NCBI GenBank assembly: GCA_040285825.1
Contig: JAUPSS010000001.1
Span: forward strand, 3,038,001-3,102,000
Reading direction: 5' to 3'
From: Eukaryota sp. TZLM1-RC
Lineage: Eukaryota; Protista; Metamonada: BaSk clade
DNA: 64,000 nt
The position numbers were made by a program, and so were the translations under genes. Every line of letters begins with the position of its first letter. Positions within the stretch are counted from its first letter, which is position 1. Below the pieces are notes generated by a model. The model did no database searches, was not told the DNA's origin, and saw only the letters and a list, made by a program, of their open reading frames with translations. Shown piece after piece: positions 34,284 through 47,089 of this stretch.

Positions 34284-34931
34284 ATGGCATCTAATGATCA
34301 ATTTGAGCTCTATGAGAGCGAGTACAATGCTCTATCATCATCTCTGAGTAAGTCTATTCTGCGAATTGAGTCCGAGAGTCCACAAAATAGAGCATCTTTA
34401 CAAGCAGATATTCAACGTGAGTTGGATGAAGCCACACAAATCACACAGCAAATGCAAGTTGCTGCCAATGGTCTTTCTCCTCGCTTCCAACAAACAGCCC
34501 TCAACAGACTTCGTAACTACCGCTCCGAGCTTAACCGCATGAAACAGGATTTCTCACGTGCGATGGAATCCGCTGATAGAGCCCAGTTGATGTCTGGTGC
34601 TCGCAAGGGTGGGTCTGACGCACATAGAGGCCGCCTTCTCGAAGCCCAAGCCTCCCTGGACAGTACAGATTCCCAGCTTCGCAAGGCTAACCAAGTAGCT
34701 GCTGAATCTATGCACATTGGAACAGAAGTATTGTCCGATCTTCGTGGTCAGCGTGAGACCCTCAACAGATCACGTGGCCGGCTTGACACCACTAACCAGA
34801 ATGTTTCTAGAGGCAGGATGTATATTCGTTCAATGAATCGAAGAATTGTTACTAACAAGATTATATTGTCTTTAGTTATAGCTTTGTTGTTGTTTATGGT
34901 TATTTTCTTGCTTTATCAACGTATGCAGTAG
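34284..34931 (+). CDS. VTI1: Qb-SNARE Vti1
   Basis: Habc domain (FELYESEY), SNARE motif IGTEVLSDLRGQRETL, MNRRIVTNKIIL, C-terminal TM. Confidence 0.93.
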   Translation: MASNDQFELYESEYNALSSSLSKSILRIESESPQNRASLQADIQRELDEATQITQQMQVAANGLSPRFQQTALNRLRNYRSELNRMKQDFSRAMESADRAQLMSGARKGGSDAHRGRLLEAQASLDSTDSQLRKANQVAAESMHIGTEVLSDLRGQRETLNRSRGRLDTTNQNVSRGRMYIRSMNRRIVTNKIILSLVIALLLFMVIFLLYQRMQ

Positions 34932-36169
34932 TGTAAATTTATGTTTTAATGTTTTTAATAAATAATTAAATAATAATATTAATTTAATAATAACACAATT
35001 GAGATTTTTTTCACCTTTAAGAGGAAATTAAAAAGAGCGGATTAGGCCATTCTCTGCTACATTTTAAAGGTCTGATTAAAACCATTTTTTTCTTTGTGGT
35101 TCAATTGCAAAAACGATTTGATCAGAAGTGGAAAATGGTCCAAGATCAGTAAGATATTAAGCAGAAAAAGACTCGTTGAAAGACATGTCTTAGTTGCACA
35201 AAGATAGTGAAAATGTTGAAAGTTGGTAAAAAGGACTGTATGAATTACCAATCCCAGTGTTTATCCTGCAGTTGGTGATCTGATTCAACTATTTAGCAAA
35301 CTAAATTTACATTAGTTATACATTTCAACTCTCTTCAACAAGTGAAAATCCACGTTATGACTAATTTTAAAATGACTTGGCATATCAATCACAGTACATA
35401 AGAATTTCAGAAACCAGGTAAATGGTTCTGCGATACTCATTCTTTTGATTATCTATTGAGACCTCTTCTGTCCAACCATATACTAGACGAAGCACCAATA
35501 TCGTATATTTCCAATGCAAACCATAGCAAAACAAAATACCAAAACCGTGAATTCCATCTACATGGTAATTGAACAAAACATAATACAAAACTCTGCTTAC
35601 TTTTTTTGGTACTTTTCATCTACTTCGATGATAAAACCATTCAATCCAACTGTGTAATGCTCTATGTTGAGCTTCTACTAAAATTTTTTACGAGGCGATG
35701 TTGTAATGTCAGTGGCCTAGTACATGAGAGATACGTCTGAATTGATCAAGAAAAGACCGTGCTACGTCACAGACGTGTACTTGAACACTATGTATTTATT
35801 TGATTTTCAATTTTAGAATAAACAACTTTCCACCTTCCTGATCTGTATATGTATGGAAGCAGCAGTTATGGGTTAATCAAAATCAACAGATTATACGTTT
35901 ATTTCAAGGTTCTATAATACAAATATCTACAACAGAATTAGTAAGTGAAAAAAGATGACAGAATGTGAAAAAAAAGTTTTTTCAAAAACAGTGAGTAAAA
36001 TTAAACCACAATAAAAACAATGGTATTCTGAAAAATACCGAAATAACGCCAAAAACAGGGTGTTTGGTATTTATGGAGAACCACAAAATAGCATTCCTTG
36101 CCATACCAAGTGGCTTTTGGTATACAAACTGTAGTGCTAAAGATTGAATGTTTGTCCATAAATCCCAAT

Positions 36170-39100
36170 CTACATGATACTGCAAGAAGAGCTGTTGGCA
36201 GAATTGTTGTTTGAATTTTCTGAAGAACTCTTGCTTTGAGGAACACGAGGAGATATCGAAAGAGTTGATTTCTCTGGTTTTTCTTCCTTCTTGGTTCTAT
36301 TGTGGGAAATATTTGAATTACGGCTAGCTACTGCGTTAGATGAGTCTTTTGAGTGTACAGCATCACTTTTCTGTTTTGATCGTGGTTGTGAAGAGGCATT
36401 TGTATTGTTGTGTCCTCTATGACTGTGCAGTTCTGATGGTGATTCTTCGTTAGTATTGCTTCTGACGACGTCTGTTGCTTTTTCCCTTCTAATTGAATCA
36501 CTAGAAACCGAATAGTGATTGGTAGAACGGCGTGTATCAGGCCGATCAATGGATGATAGTGAATGCCTACTCACTGATGAAGCCGAATAGCTTGATGGCG
36601 AATCTCTGAAAACTTTGTATTCAGAATATGCAGAGGACCCGTGCAGTGGACTGCTGGTGACAGAAGAACGATGACGGACAGATCTGTAGGGATAAGACGA
36701 GGATTGTGATTTAGAAGAAAGATGAGCAGTGGAAGGCTCTGCACGACGAGTGGTAGTAGTTCTAGAACTCCATCTTTGACTAGATCTTGCAAGACAATCG
36801 GCCGCTAGGTCAAGATCACCTCTAAACCATCGTAACTTTTCTTCAGCATCCTTCTCATCAAAACCCATCTCTACTAATTTCTGAACTTTGTGATCACTGT
36901 GGACTGGATGACTTGTTGGAGTGGATTCCACTAAGGGTGATTGTTGAGGAGATTCTGATTTGGATGAATGGTGGTTAGGTGGAGATAGCCTGGATCCCTG
37001 GGATTCATTGTTTTGGGATTTGACTACATCTCTAGTGCGGTGTAAAAGGCTTCTCGTACTGTCTTGACTCAAATGGCTAGTTTCAGCTGACAGGGATGGG
37101 TTTTTAGCTTCTTTAGAACGCAAAGTTTTTGAGGCACCACCAGGAGCCATGTATTGAATCGCCCGTTCAACATCATTGCCACATATGGCTAGCACTCGTT
37201 CAGCTCGCTTTACTTCAAATCCCAATTCAAAAAGCTTCATAACATTAGGGTTAGAATGGTGGACTGATCTATCATGGGCGGATGGTGATGGAGATTGTTC
37301 TGGAACTCTGTCTGAAGATGGGTCGTGCTGACTGGGTTTTCCTTGTTCAAGATTCCAACTTGAAGACTTTAGCGTAGAGTCCCCAGAACGTGAAGAACGT
37401 TGAGTTTTGAAACCCTTTAACTTTTCCATATGTACCAGATAGTCAACCGCTAGTTCTACAATATTATGACACTTTTGTAAAGCACCTTGGGAAAGTTTAG
37501 CATCAAACCCCATGTTGATCATGTTTTGTACCTTGGGGTTTTGGTGTTGCTGATGAGCAGAATCTAACCCAAGCTGGTTTTGATTTTCTTGATCTGAATC
37601 AATTGTGGATTGAGCAACAGCGTCATCGAATCTTTGGGCAGCTGTCTTGGTCTGTGTTGGAGCTTGGGTGAAATGACTGCGTTTTTGAGAGGCATCTTCA
37701 CTTTGCTGAATGACAGATTTCTTCTGAGTTTCCTTGACTTTTAGATTACTGATCGATTGGGAAGTGGGTTGAGATTGTTGAGCAGCTAATCGTCGTCTCC
37801 GTTCCTCTAGCTGTTGATCTACTGATGGATTAGTTCTTGGTTCAACAGTAGTCTTTGGTTTTGGTGGAGTTGATGTTTTGAATTCATTTTTGACAATGGT
37901 TGAAGTGAGTTGTGGTTGAAGACTTTCAGTTATATCCTGCTTTGAGGAGTCTGGTTTATGGATACCATTAGCTTCAGTTTTCTTAACCAGAGGTTTACCG
38001 TTTTGAGATTGCTGCTGAGGAGAAGTAGATTGTTCAACGAACGCTTTCCTAGAATGATGATGTGGAGATCTTGGTTGTTTCTCTTCAGACGATTGCTTAG
38101 ATTTTGCTCCATATTGGATCGGTTTCTGAGAAACCCTACCTGTTGACTTTTGTACAGGTGATGGGGTCTTGAATTCCGTCTTTCTTTCATTGGCTCGAGT
38201 GTCCTCAAAAGAAGAAACAACCACAGAACCACTGCTCTCAGTAGTGTCAAGTTCTTTTTTTAACAAACAACTAAGTTCTGCTTTCTGATCTTCAGTGGCT
38301 GCTTCGAAGAACTTTTGCACTATGATGGACCTAAAATTGTTCAAATAGTCAGACATTTCGGGGGTTTGCAACATTTTGATGACTTCAGGATTGAAGGCGA
38401 TTGGTGGTTGTTGGCATAACATCCAGTGTATGATAAAAAGGCCACCCTTTTGATCACATTGATTGGACAGTTCAGCGTTATTGACAAGTTGTGGCATCTC
38501 ATTTGGTTGAGAACGTAAACTTTCTTCTTCGTTTTTATGAAACTGCAACTGATTCTGTAATTGCTCAATTCTCTCTTCAAGGCCTCCAATGGCTTCTTCC
38601 TTTTCCAAAAGATTTTGTTTCAAATCATAATTTCCTTTTTCTAATTCAGTAATGTGTTGTTCTCTTTTATTTTCGGTTTCTGCACTTAATTTCCTTGACT
38701 CATCAAATTTTTGAGCTTGTTCATGATTGACAGACTCCAATTCTGTCTTCAAATTGGTTAGCTTCGCGTTTTCCTCCGTGAGTTGTTGAATGGTTTTCTC
38801 CATTTTCAAAGATGAATTTTGATACTTGTTGAGTTCTTCAGTCTTTTGGCTGATTTCCTGCTGAAATTGAGAACTTATGTCAACAATAGTGTTTTTCAGC
38901 TGCTCTACTTCTTGAGCACTACTTGAAACCGAATCTTCTGTTTCAGTTACAAGGTTTGAAAGTCTCTCCTTGTCCTCTTTCAGCGTGGTCACTTGTGCCG
39001 TCAGATTTGAAATTGTTTGCTTCAGCTGCACAACTTCATTTCTTGAATTATCAAGATCTGTTCTTAGTTCATTATTGTGTTGTTGCAATTCATCATAATT

Positions 39101-40162
39101 ACGCCCAAGTTGCTGCATCTCTAGTCTCAATTGTTCATTTTGATTTGATGAACAACAATTGATGACTTCCAGATCACTTTGCTCAACATAATGAGTTACT
39201 TCCTCCAAACAATTGAGGATTTCTTCTATCGTAGGTCTATCAAAAGGGTTCCTCACACACGATCTGTTCAACACCATCTGTAACTGCTGAGGAAATGCAT
39301 GGTCAAAAAGGAGCCCCTCTTCTCTGTATTTCGCACCATACAAAGCTTCATAAGTGCGTAATCCTTTGAAAGCAGTGCTATCAGTAAGCATCTCATACAA
39401 AATTAGAGCAAGTGAATAAACATCACCTTCCTTAACGACTTGGTTATCAAAAGCTTCTGGAGGAGCGTATTTGGGAGTGATCATCTGTTTTGACTGTGGA
39501 TTAATGTCAACCGTGCTTTTGATGATGCGAGAGGTACCAAAATCTGCTATTCTGACAGCACCTTGAACCATCAAAACGTTCTCGGGCTTTAAATCTCCAT
39601 GGACTACAGACTTTGAATGTAGAAAACGAACAGCATTACAGATATCCTTGGCATAGGTCAAGGTTTTCCTTGTCAGTCCAGAAGGTACAATTAACGAATG
39701 GTTGGCTCTTTCCATAACTATTCCAACCTTGCTATTGATAAAACAAATGCCAAAAACTCTTAGTATTCCAGGATTATTCATTTTAATAAGCAGGCCAAGC
39801 TCTTTGCGTAGTTGATCTTGTCCTTCTAGAGTGATTGTAGCGAGTTTAATAGCTACGTCAAGGCCAGACCACTTGGCAGCGTACACAACAGCACATCCAC
39901 CTCTGCCAATTTCATCACATGTTTCATCGAATTCCAAACTTTCTTCAGGGATGACAGGACAAACAGCTTCATGGTGAAGATTTGAGAGATGATCTACAAG
40001 CGAGTGGTTGATTCTGGGAGGGAACAGTGTTATGTTGGTACAGATCGGACAAAAATCAAGGACATTAGCGCATTTGGTGCAAGTTGTGTGACCTTCAAGA
40101 CAAATGAGCATTGGTAAGTAAGTAACCAAGTCATAAGTCTCATGACAATGGGAACAGTTCAT
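36170..40162 (-). CDS. RING - protein kinase (TKL-like) - coiled coil - 3x UBA - CaaX protein
   Basis: RING CSHC..CLEGHTTCTKC..CPIC; kinase GRGGCAVV, VAIK, HGDLKPEN, DFG, YAPPE; three MGF/LGF UBA repeats; C-terminal CSIM. Confidence 0.9.
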   Translation of the reverse strand: MNCSHCHETYDLVTYLPMLICLEGHTTCTKCANVLDFCPICTNITLFPPRINHSLVDHLSNLHHEAVCPVIPEESLEFDETCDEIGRGGCAVVYAAKWSGLDVAIKLATITLEGQDQLRKELGLLIKMNNPGILRVFGICFINSKVGIVMERANHSLIVPSGLTRKTLTYAKDICNAVRFLHSKSVVHGDLKPENVLMVQGAVRIADFGTSRIIKSTVDINPQSKQMITPKYAPPEAFDNQVVKEGDVYSLALILYEMLTDSTAFKGLRTYEALYGAKYREEGLLFDHAFPQQLQMVLNRSCVRNPFDRPTIEEILNCLEEVTHYVEQSDLEVINCCSSNQNEQLRLEMQQLGRNYDELQQHNNELRTDLDNSRNEVVQLKQTISNLTAQVTTLKEDKERLSNLVTETEDSVSSSAQEVEQLKNTIVDISSQFQQEISQKTEELNKYQNSSLKMEKTIQQLTEENAKLTNLKTELESVNHEQAQKFDESRKLSAETENKREQHITELEKGNYDLKQNLLEKEEAIGGLEERIEQLQNQLQFHKNEEESLRSQPNEMPQLVNNAELSNQCDQKGGLFIIHWMLCQQPPIAFNPEVIKMLQTPEMSDYLNNFRSIIVQKFFEAATEDQKAELSCLLKKELDTTESSGSVVVSSFEDTRANERKTEFKTPSPVQKSTGRVSQKPIQYGAKSKQSSEEKQPRSPHHHSRKAFVEQSTSPQQQSQNGKPLVKKTEANGIHKPDSSKQDITESLQPQLTSTIVKNEFKTSTPPKPKTTVEPRTNPSVDQQLEERRRRLAAQQSQPTSQSISNLKVKETQKKSVIQQSEDASQKRSHFTQAPTQTKTAAQRFDDAVAQSTIDSDQENQNQLGLDSAHQQHQNPKVQNMINMGFDAKLSQGALQKCHNIVELAVDYLVHMEKLKGFKTQRSSRSGDSTLKSSSWNLEQGKPSQHDPSSDRVPEQSPSPSAHDRSVHHSNPNVMKLFELGFEVKRAERVLAICGNDVERAIQYMAPGGASKTLRSKEAKNPSLSAETSHLSQDSTRSLLHRTRDVVKSQNNESQGSRLSPPNHHSSKSESPQQSPLVESTPTSHPVHSDHKVQKLVEMGFDEKDAEEKLRWFRGDLDLAADCLARSSQRWSSRTTTTRRAEPSTAHLSSKSQSSSYPYRSVRHRSSVTSSPLHGSSAYSEYKVFRDSPSSYSASSVSRHSLSSIDRPDTRRSTNHYSVSSDSIRREKATDVVRSNTNEESPSELHSHRGHNNTNASSQPRSKQKSDAVHSKDSSNAVASRNSNISHNRTKKEEKPEKSTLSISPRVPQSKSSSENSNNNSANSSSCSIM

Positions 40163-40479
40163 GCACAAACAGGAACCAATTGGATGTAGAAGTCGATTCT
40201 AGAATGTTTTAGAAATTTCTTGTGCTCCAAGGCCACAGTCCCACACCTTGTTTTCTCTCTGTGGGTGCCGATCTATTTTTGACTTTGGTTTGTTTAAAAC
40301 TGTTGATTACCATGGTCTCATTGATAATGTCATCTGTAATGCTCACATGACAAGTCTGCCACAGTTTTGAAAGTGTTCAATCCACAAACTCCATTTACGC
40401 TTGCAATTGAATAAATGATGGCAGTTCTCTTTGTCTTCAAATGGTTTATCGCTGAATAACCAAAGTTTTTTTTGAAATA

Positions 40480-41270
40480 TATTTATTTATTAAAAAAGTT
40501 ATAAATCAACATCTAAATAATTCATCTCTCCCAAAACTCAACAATTCTAGATGCAACTTTCTCACAGCGAGTTCCAAGAGAAAGCAAAGCATCAGAAACC
40601 ATTTTCTACATCCCCTTCAAATAGAAAACACAATTCAATTTTGCCAAAACAATCTGTTGAAATTTCTGTTAGTTTTTCCCTTTACATTCATTTCAAAATC
40701 ATCCAAAAAACGTAAAGCAGTTGGTGCAAGTGAACCAAAAAGGGAAAATACAAATGGATACAAATTGTATTTTGCATGCCGTTGACTGGACAATGTGGAC
40801 AAAGGTTCATTGTATTTTTTGATTTTGAAATTTTCAGCATTTGAAAGAGCAGTATGAATTTCAGAATTAACAAGCCTTTTATTTCAGGCATTACAAGGAT
40901 CAATAGACATTACATCCATTAAGATACAGGTTCCATTTTAATCCAGGTAATATGAAATCACCTCTATTGTTCTTATGAAAATCATCTCCAGTATCAAACA
41001 GATTTCATAACAGAGGTTTCAAAAAAAGATTCAATTCTATGAGATTTACACATACAATATAACTGGTCTCTTACAGCATCATGAACTTTGCTTCTAAAAG
41101 AAATAAAATGTTTACAATTTAACAAACGAGTAATTGTAATTTTTCGAGAACAATTACAAATTAAATTATGAGGTAAATTATCAGGCCAGATAAAGGAACG
41201 AAATCTTATATTCAAAGTCCAAGCAGAATCAGTTAAGAGAGTGCCATAAACTTGAAGAATTGAGTAACTA
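40480..41270 (-). mobile_element. CRE-like 3' fragment (CCHC-type region plus RLE), decayed
   Basis: RSFIWPDNLP..CNC..LLNCKHF..HDAVRDQL..RGDF; high nucleotide similarity to 52566-53090. Confidence 0.88.
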
Positions 41271-41299
41271 TAATTTTTAGATATTTAGACTTTCTGACA

Positions 41300-41433
41300 A
41301 GACCTTTTGGCAGAACAGAATTGTATTTTCAATTTTTGTTGTTCCTTTGCTATCTCTTGGTCGGTTTTATGAAAGAATAACTTCAAATCAACACTTCTTG
41401 GCTGATTTGGGGTATGTAGATGTAGAAATGTAA
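41300..41433 (+). mobile_element. CRE-like extreme 3' fragment
   Basis: FWQNRIVFSIF..LLSLGRFYE..LADLGYVDVEM*. Confidence 0.75.
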
Positions 41434-42194
41434 GTTTGTTGTTTAGTTTTTCAGTAGATCAAATTGATGTTCAAGTAACAACAGTTTTCTTGATTAGAAC
41501 AAATGGGTTGATTTTACAAAAGTTTTTGAAATTTGATTTCACAAATATTTCAAACTTGACAATGCTATTGGTTTAACTATCAAACTTATTACGTGTTCTT
41601 CTTACGTGTTGTAAAACACATTGACACCATAAAAAAAGATGTGGGGAGATTGCAGTGAAAGACAACTCTTCTTCTCATCATTAATAACTTGAACAAATAT
41701 TGCCTTTAAAAAATGTTTATTTTAAATTAAAAAGATAGAATGAGGACAGTTTTGAATTTCTGACAGAATGGAGGAAGCACCTCAGGAAACAAGTTTATAA
41801 TTCAAGATGATTAGGAACCACCTTATCACTGCTGCCATCTATCTTAACTCAAGTATTTACTGAACGACTCACTTCTGCAAAAAACGAATGTGTTGCTTCT
41901 GCTGCACAAATTTCTCCAGTTTTTTCCTTAATTCAATCAACTGTGCGTGATTAACTATCGAGTTATGCCTCATTGTGATGGAATAGAACTCAGAGTTGAG
42001 TTTCAAGTCTAATTAGACTTGAGTACCATTAAAAAACCAACATTCAAAAAAATTAATCTAATCGTGGAGAAAAGTGGAGAAATTCCGGAAATCTATATTA
42101 AAATGTTGGTCGGGAAAAGATTTTGTTTAAAAAACACAAAGTGACTCAAATTATGATAGAAATTGCAAAAAATACTAAAAAATACTGTAGATGG

Positions 42195-43382
42195 TTATCC
42201 ACTCAATAAACACAACTTCTTTCCATATTCGTAACAAATTAAATTTGGGAAATGGTGTAGAAAAAACTTTTCAGTCTTAAATGACCAGAGACAAACATGA
42301 CTGATGCCAGTGAAAACACCTTTGAACACTGGTGATCGAGCTTCTTTCATATCCAAAAGCTGAAGCTTTGGCATTCTGTTCAAATTCTTAACACAATTCA
42401 CCTCGCTCCATCCTGTAAAGGATAGCTCCACCAGAGATGGTAAATTTGGAATCCAATTGAGATTATGAACCTCTAACTGATTGAAAGTTAGCTTCTGTAA
42501 TTTAGAAAATAAAGGGAACACAGACGACGAAAGCTTCTCAACAAAGGGTGAATAGCACAAGCTGAGATTGGAAAGGTCTACTAACTGAGAGAAGTTCACT
42601 AGTGATAATAACTTGGGTGTGTAAGACACATTGAGGTCAGACAAAGAAAGAGGGAAATGCATAACCTCGAGGCTCTCACAATTGCTGACAACCAATGATT
42701 TAAGTGTAAGACAACAAGCAAGATTGAGGGTGGCATTTGAGCAAAACTCTAAACAAAGAGTTTTTAGATGAACAAGTCTTGAAAGTTTAAAAGTGTCAAA
42801 GTATTGGTTACTATTATTAATGGAGAGTTCTTTAAGGTTTTTGAGTTGATAAAAACAAGATCTTGAACTTGTTTGCATTCTGAGCTTACGTAAATGCTTC
42901 AAAAAAGGAGCAAATTTAATATGTGGATGTCTGATATCTAATGCTTTGACTGCTTTAGGTAGAGATTCTATGTGAAAAGTGGCAGAGGGGTTGCTACGGG
43001 TCCGTAATTTGAGAGAGTGGAGATTGGGAACACTAACAAAATATTGGGAGGTAATAGTTGTTACCTTAAGATTGGTGACAAACAGATGAACTACTGTGTG
43101 CAGTGGCAGTTCTTGGTATGGTAAGTCAGATAACGAGAGGTATGCTCGTGCAAAGTGTCGAAGGAACAAGCAGAATGAGGTTGGGAGAGGTTGATGACCA
43201 TGGATATTGAGTTTTGATGTTTTCAAGGCCAAAAGGGTAGATGACTTAAACTTTCTAGAAACAGTGGAGAGACGAATACATTGCCTAAGGTGCCTGGATC
43301 CAAGTGAGAGAGATTCAGTTGTCCAGTACTGAATAACAGTAACTAAAGCTGATTTTGGAAGTTGGATGGAACAGGAAACCAT
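42195..43382 (-). CDS. Leucine-rich repeat protein
   Basis: Repeated LxxLxL units (LKNLKELSI, LVHLKTLCL, LPSLVELSF, MPKLQLLDM). Confidence 0.8.
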   Translation of the reverse strand: MVSCSIQLPKSALVTVIQYWTTESLSLGSRHLRQCIRLSTVSRKFKSSTLLALKTSKLNIHGHQPLPTSFCLFLRHFARAYLSLSDLPYQELPLHTVVHLFVTNLKVTTITSQYFVSVPNLHSLKLRTRSNPSATFHIESLPKAVKALDIRHPHIKFAPFLKHLRKLRMQTSSRSCFYQLKNLKELSINNSNQYFDTFKLSRLVHLKTLCLEFCSNATLNLACCLTLKSLVVSNCESLEVMHFPLSLSDLNVSYTPKLLSLVNFSQLVDLSNLSLCYSPFVEKLSSSVFPLFSKLQKLTFNQLEVHNLNWIPNLPSLVELSFTGWSEVNCVKNLNRMPKLQLLDMKEARSPVFKGVFTGISHVCLWSFKTEKFFLHHFPNLICYEYGKKLCLLSG

Positions 43383-43959
43383 ATTAATGGTTGACTGTTA
43401 CCAAAATAGAAATGCAATCTTTTAGGTTGGTATTTAACCTTTGTATGTTTGAAATCAAAAATATTCCAACAACGTTGTATTCAAACTTTACTTACAAGTA
43501 GTTCAACGGTTGGTGTATAATTCTTACAATTGATGGTAACTGCTTTACGCAAAATAAACCGTTTGTGTTAGCTGTGGCTAAACGTGACCTTCCCTTTTAG
43601 GAAGGTAGATCACGTTATCATAGATTTAAATTGTAGTTTGTGTTTTATTAATCCTGATTTCTTATATTCCTGATCATAAACGTCCGTTTTTATTAGTTTG
43701 TGATGAACCGTGCACATACAGCAACGTTTGGAATTGTAAATTGATTTTAAAACTTTCTGAACACCTACATCTAAGCAGATAAAATTTCATTTCATTTATT
43801 GACTAAATTTTATAAGTGGTTTAGGGTTTTTTCATTTGGGTCAAGTCGCACATATTTGCTATTTAGTTTCTTCATACTTGACAGTACATAGTCTTGATTA
43901 AACCAATTTAATTCCAAGTGATCAGTTTAAAGTTTTACTATCAGCATAATCACCTCTTT

Positions 43960-44340
43960 TTGCTGGTTTTAACTCTATCTCGGACAAGAGAATTGGAGTT
44001 GGGTAAAGTCAACCACACCATCATTGTGGTTTGAATCTGAGAACCAATTTGGATTTGGATTGAATACAGTTGTCCAAATTTATAAGTTTTCACACACCAA
44101 CAAAAATTGCTTTTGATGTTACCATGGTTGCATGTTGAGGTAAGATTGATGTTTTTTGCAATGCCTATTCTGATAAAATTTCAAAGTATTCGATTTTAAA
44201 AGAATTAAATTTAATTAACCAATTTGTTCCTTTAGTCTTTGGTGATCGTTGGGGTTTTAACACGAAAATAAAAATACTTTTTGACCAATTTGGATGGAAT
44301 GAGGTGGCATATGAAATTAGTGTGGTACTGTTATTATAGC
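43960..44340 (+). mobile_element. RLE endonuclease remnant of an R2/R4-like non-LTR element
   Basis: Manual translation KIAFDVTMVAC*GKIDVFCNAYSDKISKYSILKE..FVPLVFGDRWG fits the D..K.KY..PLV.G RLE pattern. Left boundary approximate. Confidence 0.6.
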
Positions 44341-45836
44341 TTTCAAACAGTTTCTCCTGGATTTATTTAAAACAGTAAATGTATGATGAATAGAAAGTTC
44401 AATTTAATCAAATAGGAAAACCATTCTATAACCAAAAAGGTCTTTAGATGTACCAGGTTCGGACAACCCGTGTGTTATTCAATGAATTCGTATAGAATTT
44501 TGTTCATGAAATACTATCAATGGATTGAAGAGCATTAATAGCGGTCGAAATTTGTATCATTACTATTGTAAAAAGCAGGCACAAATTGTTGGACTGAATT
44601 TTGTACTTGTTTCAGAACGCCAAATCTGTCATTGAAAACTAACCCATTGGGTTCTCCAAGTAATCTTGATAATTTCAATAATTACTGCAAACGAAGGATA
44701 AGAAAGAGTGCTATGCACTCCCTCAAAAATGGATATTTCAATTCTTTTTTGCCTGAGAGTTCAGTCAAAAATTCGTCGGGTTCAATTTTCAATAATTATG
44801 GAAAAAATGGGGATGTTTTAGCCAAGAATTTAAAGAGGAAGAAAGCAAAATGACAAAAAAATGTATTGTGTGTGAGTTGATCTTCAGATTTGTTTTTTTC
44901 ACATTTGAGCTCTACATATAAGACAGTGCAAGTATTGCCCTTAAAACATTTGAAATATCAGGAGATTCTACAATAGTTAATAGATCACAGCCTAGAATCA
45001 CCGCAAATCCTTGACTATCAACAAAAATCAATTCGTCAGAGTGAACAGCCAAATTGGGAAACCGTAATTCTTAAAACACTTAAAAAATTTTTCAGCTAAC
45101 ATTATGTACTTTTAACAAATAAATTAATAATAATTCAACAATTAGTATCAACAGAATGAATTGGAGTGACAGTCTTTTCATATTTACAACTGTGATCCTG
45201 TGGAACAATGTAAGGCCAAATCAATGATTGAATGCGCATGGATGATAGAAAAAAATGGGAGGCACTGTTCTCTCTGGATTGAAGAATATATGGTTTTGTA
45301 GATGCAACCCCTATACTTGAACAATGATCTACAAAATGGCTGAGTATATGAAATGATTCACCAGGTCTGATATAAGGATCTTTATGTTACCATTCATTGA
45401 CACCATTGCTCCGTTAAGTATTTATTGCAAAGGCATCATTGGTGTATTTGTGCTTTAGTTTTACGTTATTCATGTGAGAAAAAATTAGCCATGATACTAG
45501 ATATGAAGAACATTTCCGCTAGATAGCCTCCTTGCCGACTAAAAAAGGAAACGTTATTAAAAATTTGAAAGTGACTTAAAGATTGGTCTTTCCCTAAGAA
45601 ATTACTTGACACTGCAACAATCAGCTCTTTGCGGTTGTGGTGTCCTCATCAGTGTTCTATTGAGATGAGAGTTCGTCAATTTTTGATTTTTCCACGAACA
45701 ACAAATGCCTAAAACCATTATTTTTAAACTGTTCTACAGGTCTTTGTTCTGTAATAATCATTATCGCTCAAATATTTTGACAATCATATATTATTGTATT
45801 CATTCAACAACAAATATGAAAACATAAAATACACAA

Positions 45837-46900
45837 TTAAAATTCCACATCCTCAAAACCTGCTTCCCCTGAATCAAAACAAATAATTGCTCAAGATTCG
45901 GAAAATTTCCCAAAAAAAGAGAGTGAACCAGAAATTAGTTTTACCATTCCCTTAAAAATAGAAAATACAATCCTGTTTTGCCAGTAAACACGATTGAAAA
46001 TTCTTCCAGTTCTTTCCTTTACAACTTCAAAAAAATCCTCAAGGAAAACCATAGCAGCCATACCTAGAAATCCAAGCAAAGAAAAAACAAAGGGACATAA
46101 ATTATATTGGGCGTGAGAATTTTCATTAACCGAGGAAAAGGGTTTCGCATATTTAGCAACTTTATTTTTTTCGCCTGCAAAAAGAGGATTATTTACATCC
46201 GAGTTAATGACATGTTCGTTAGAAGAATTACAAGGGTGAGTAGACATGGCGTCTAAAATAGTAAAACTTCCATTTGTACCAGGAACAACTAGATCACCTC
46301 TTGTCAGACCCATAAAAGCTCTGTTGTAACGCTTACTGTCAATATTGGGGTCATCAAGAATTAATTTTGATAACAACGGCTCTAAAAAGGAATCTACTCG
46401 ATATGAATTGCACATTACATAAATTTGGTCCCTCACGTTACTATGCACTTTGCTTCTAAATGTAATGAAATGTTTACAGTGCAAAAGATGAGTAAGCAAA
46501 GGAGATTTACCACATTTACAATTTTAATGGTTGGGCAAATTGTTTGGCCACAGAAAACAACGAAAACGCATGTTTAAAAGCCATTCATTGTTTTTCAACA
46601 AAAGTCCATAAACAGAGGAAATTGAGTTACTAAAGCAGCAGCAGAACTTTCCCGAATGTCCTTTAAAAAATAACCGAAAGCGGGATTTTCAGTTTTGGCC
46701 AAGCCAAGTGTTACTTCATAACCCAAGCCTTCAAATAATTTAACCAGATGGTGCTGAAGCTTTTTCAGGCAAAAACGTAAATTTAGAAGTGATCGGGTGG
46801 GAATTTCTTGAACATTTTGAGGAAAACACTGAATTCAGATACCACTAGGCAAATTATCTAATTCAATTTGAAGTTGATTCAAATAAAATTTTGATTCACC
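45837..46900 (-). mobile_element. CRE-like 3' portion (CCHC-type region plus RLE)
   Basis: MRFRCFLWPN, HLLHCKHFITFRSKVHSNVRD, RGDLVVP..ILDAM..KVAKY, WQNRIVF. Confidence 0.88.
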
Positions 46901-46946
46901 ATGGATCAATCATATCATATATTTTTTTGACATATCATTGGAACAA

Positions 46947-47048
46947 ACCTTTAAATTCCATTTTTCCTGGAATTCTGGAATTGTTCAAGTATTTTTTAAG
47001 TAATTGGAATTCTGGAATTCCAACATGAAAAAGTTGGAATTTAAAGGT
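46947..47048. repeat. 102-bp unit bounded by a perfect 14-bp inverted repeat (MITE-like)
   Basis: acctttaaattcca (46947-46960) / tggaatttaaaggt (47035-47048); internal ggaattctggaatt occurs twice. Confidence 0.6.
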
Positions 47049-47089
47049 ATGCATTGGACCCAAGCCTTCAAAAGTTTTTGGTCAGTTGC

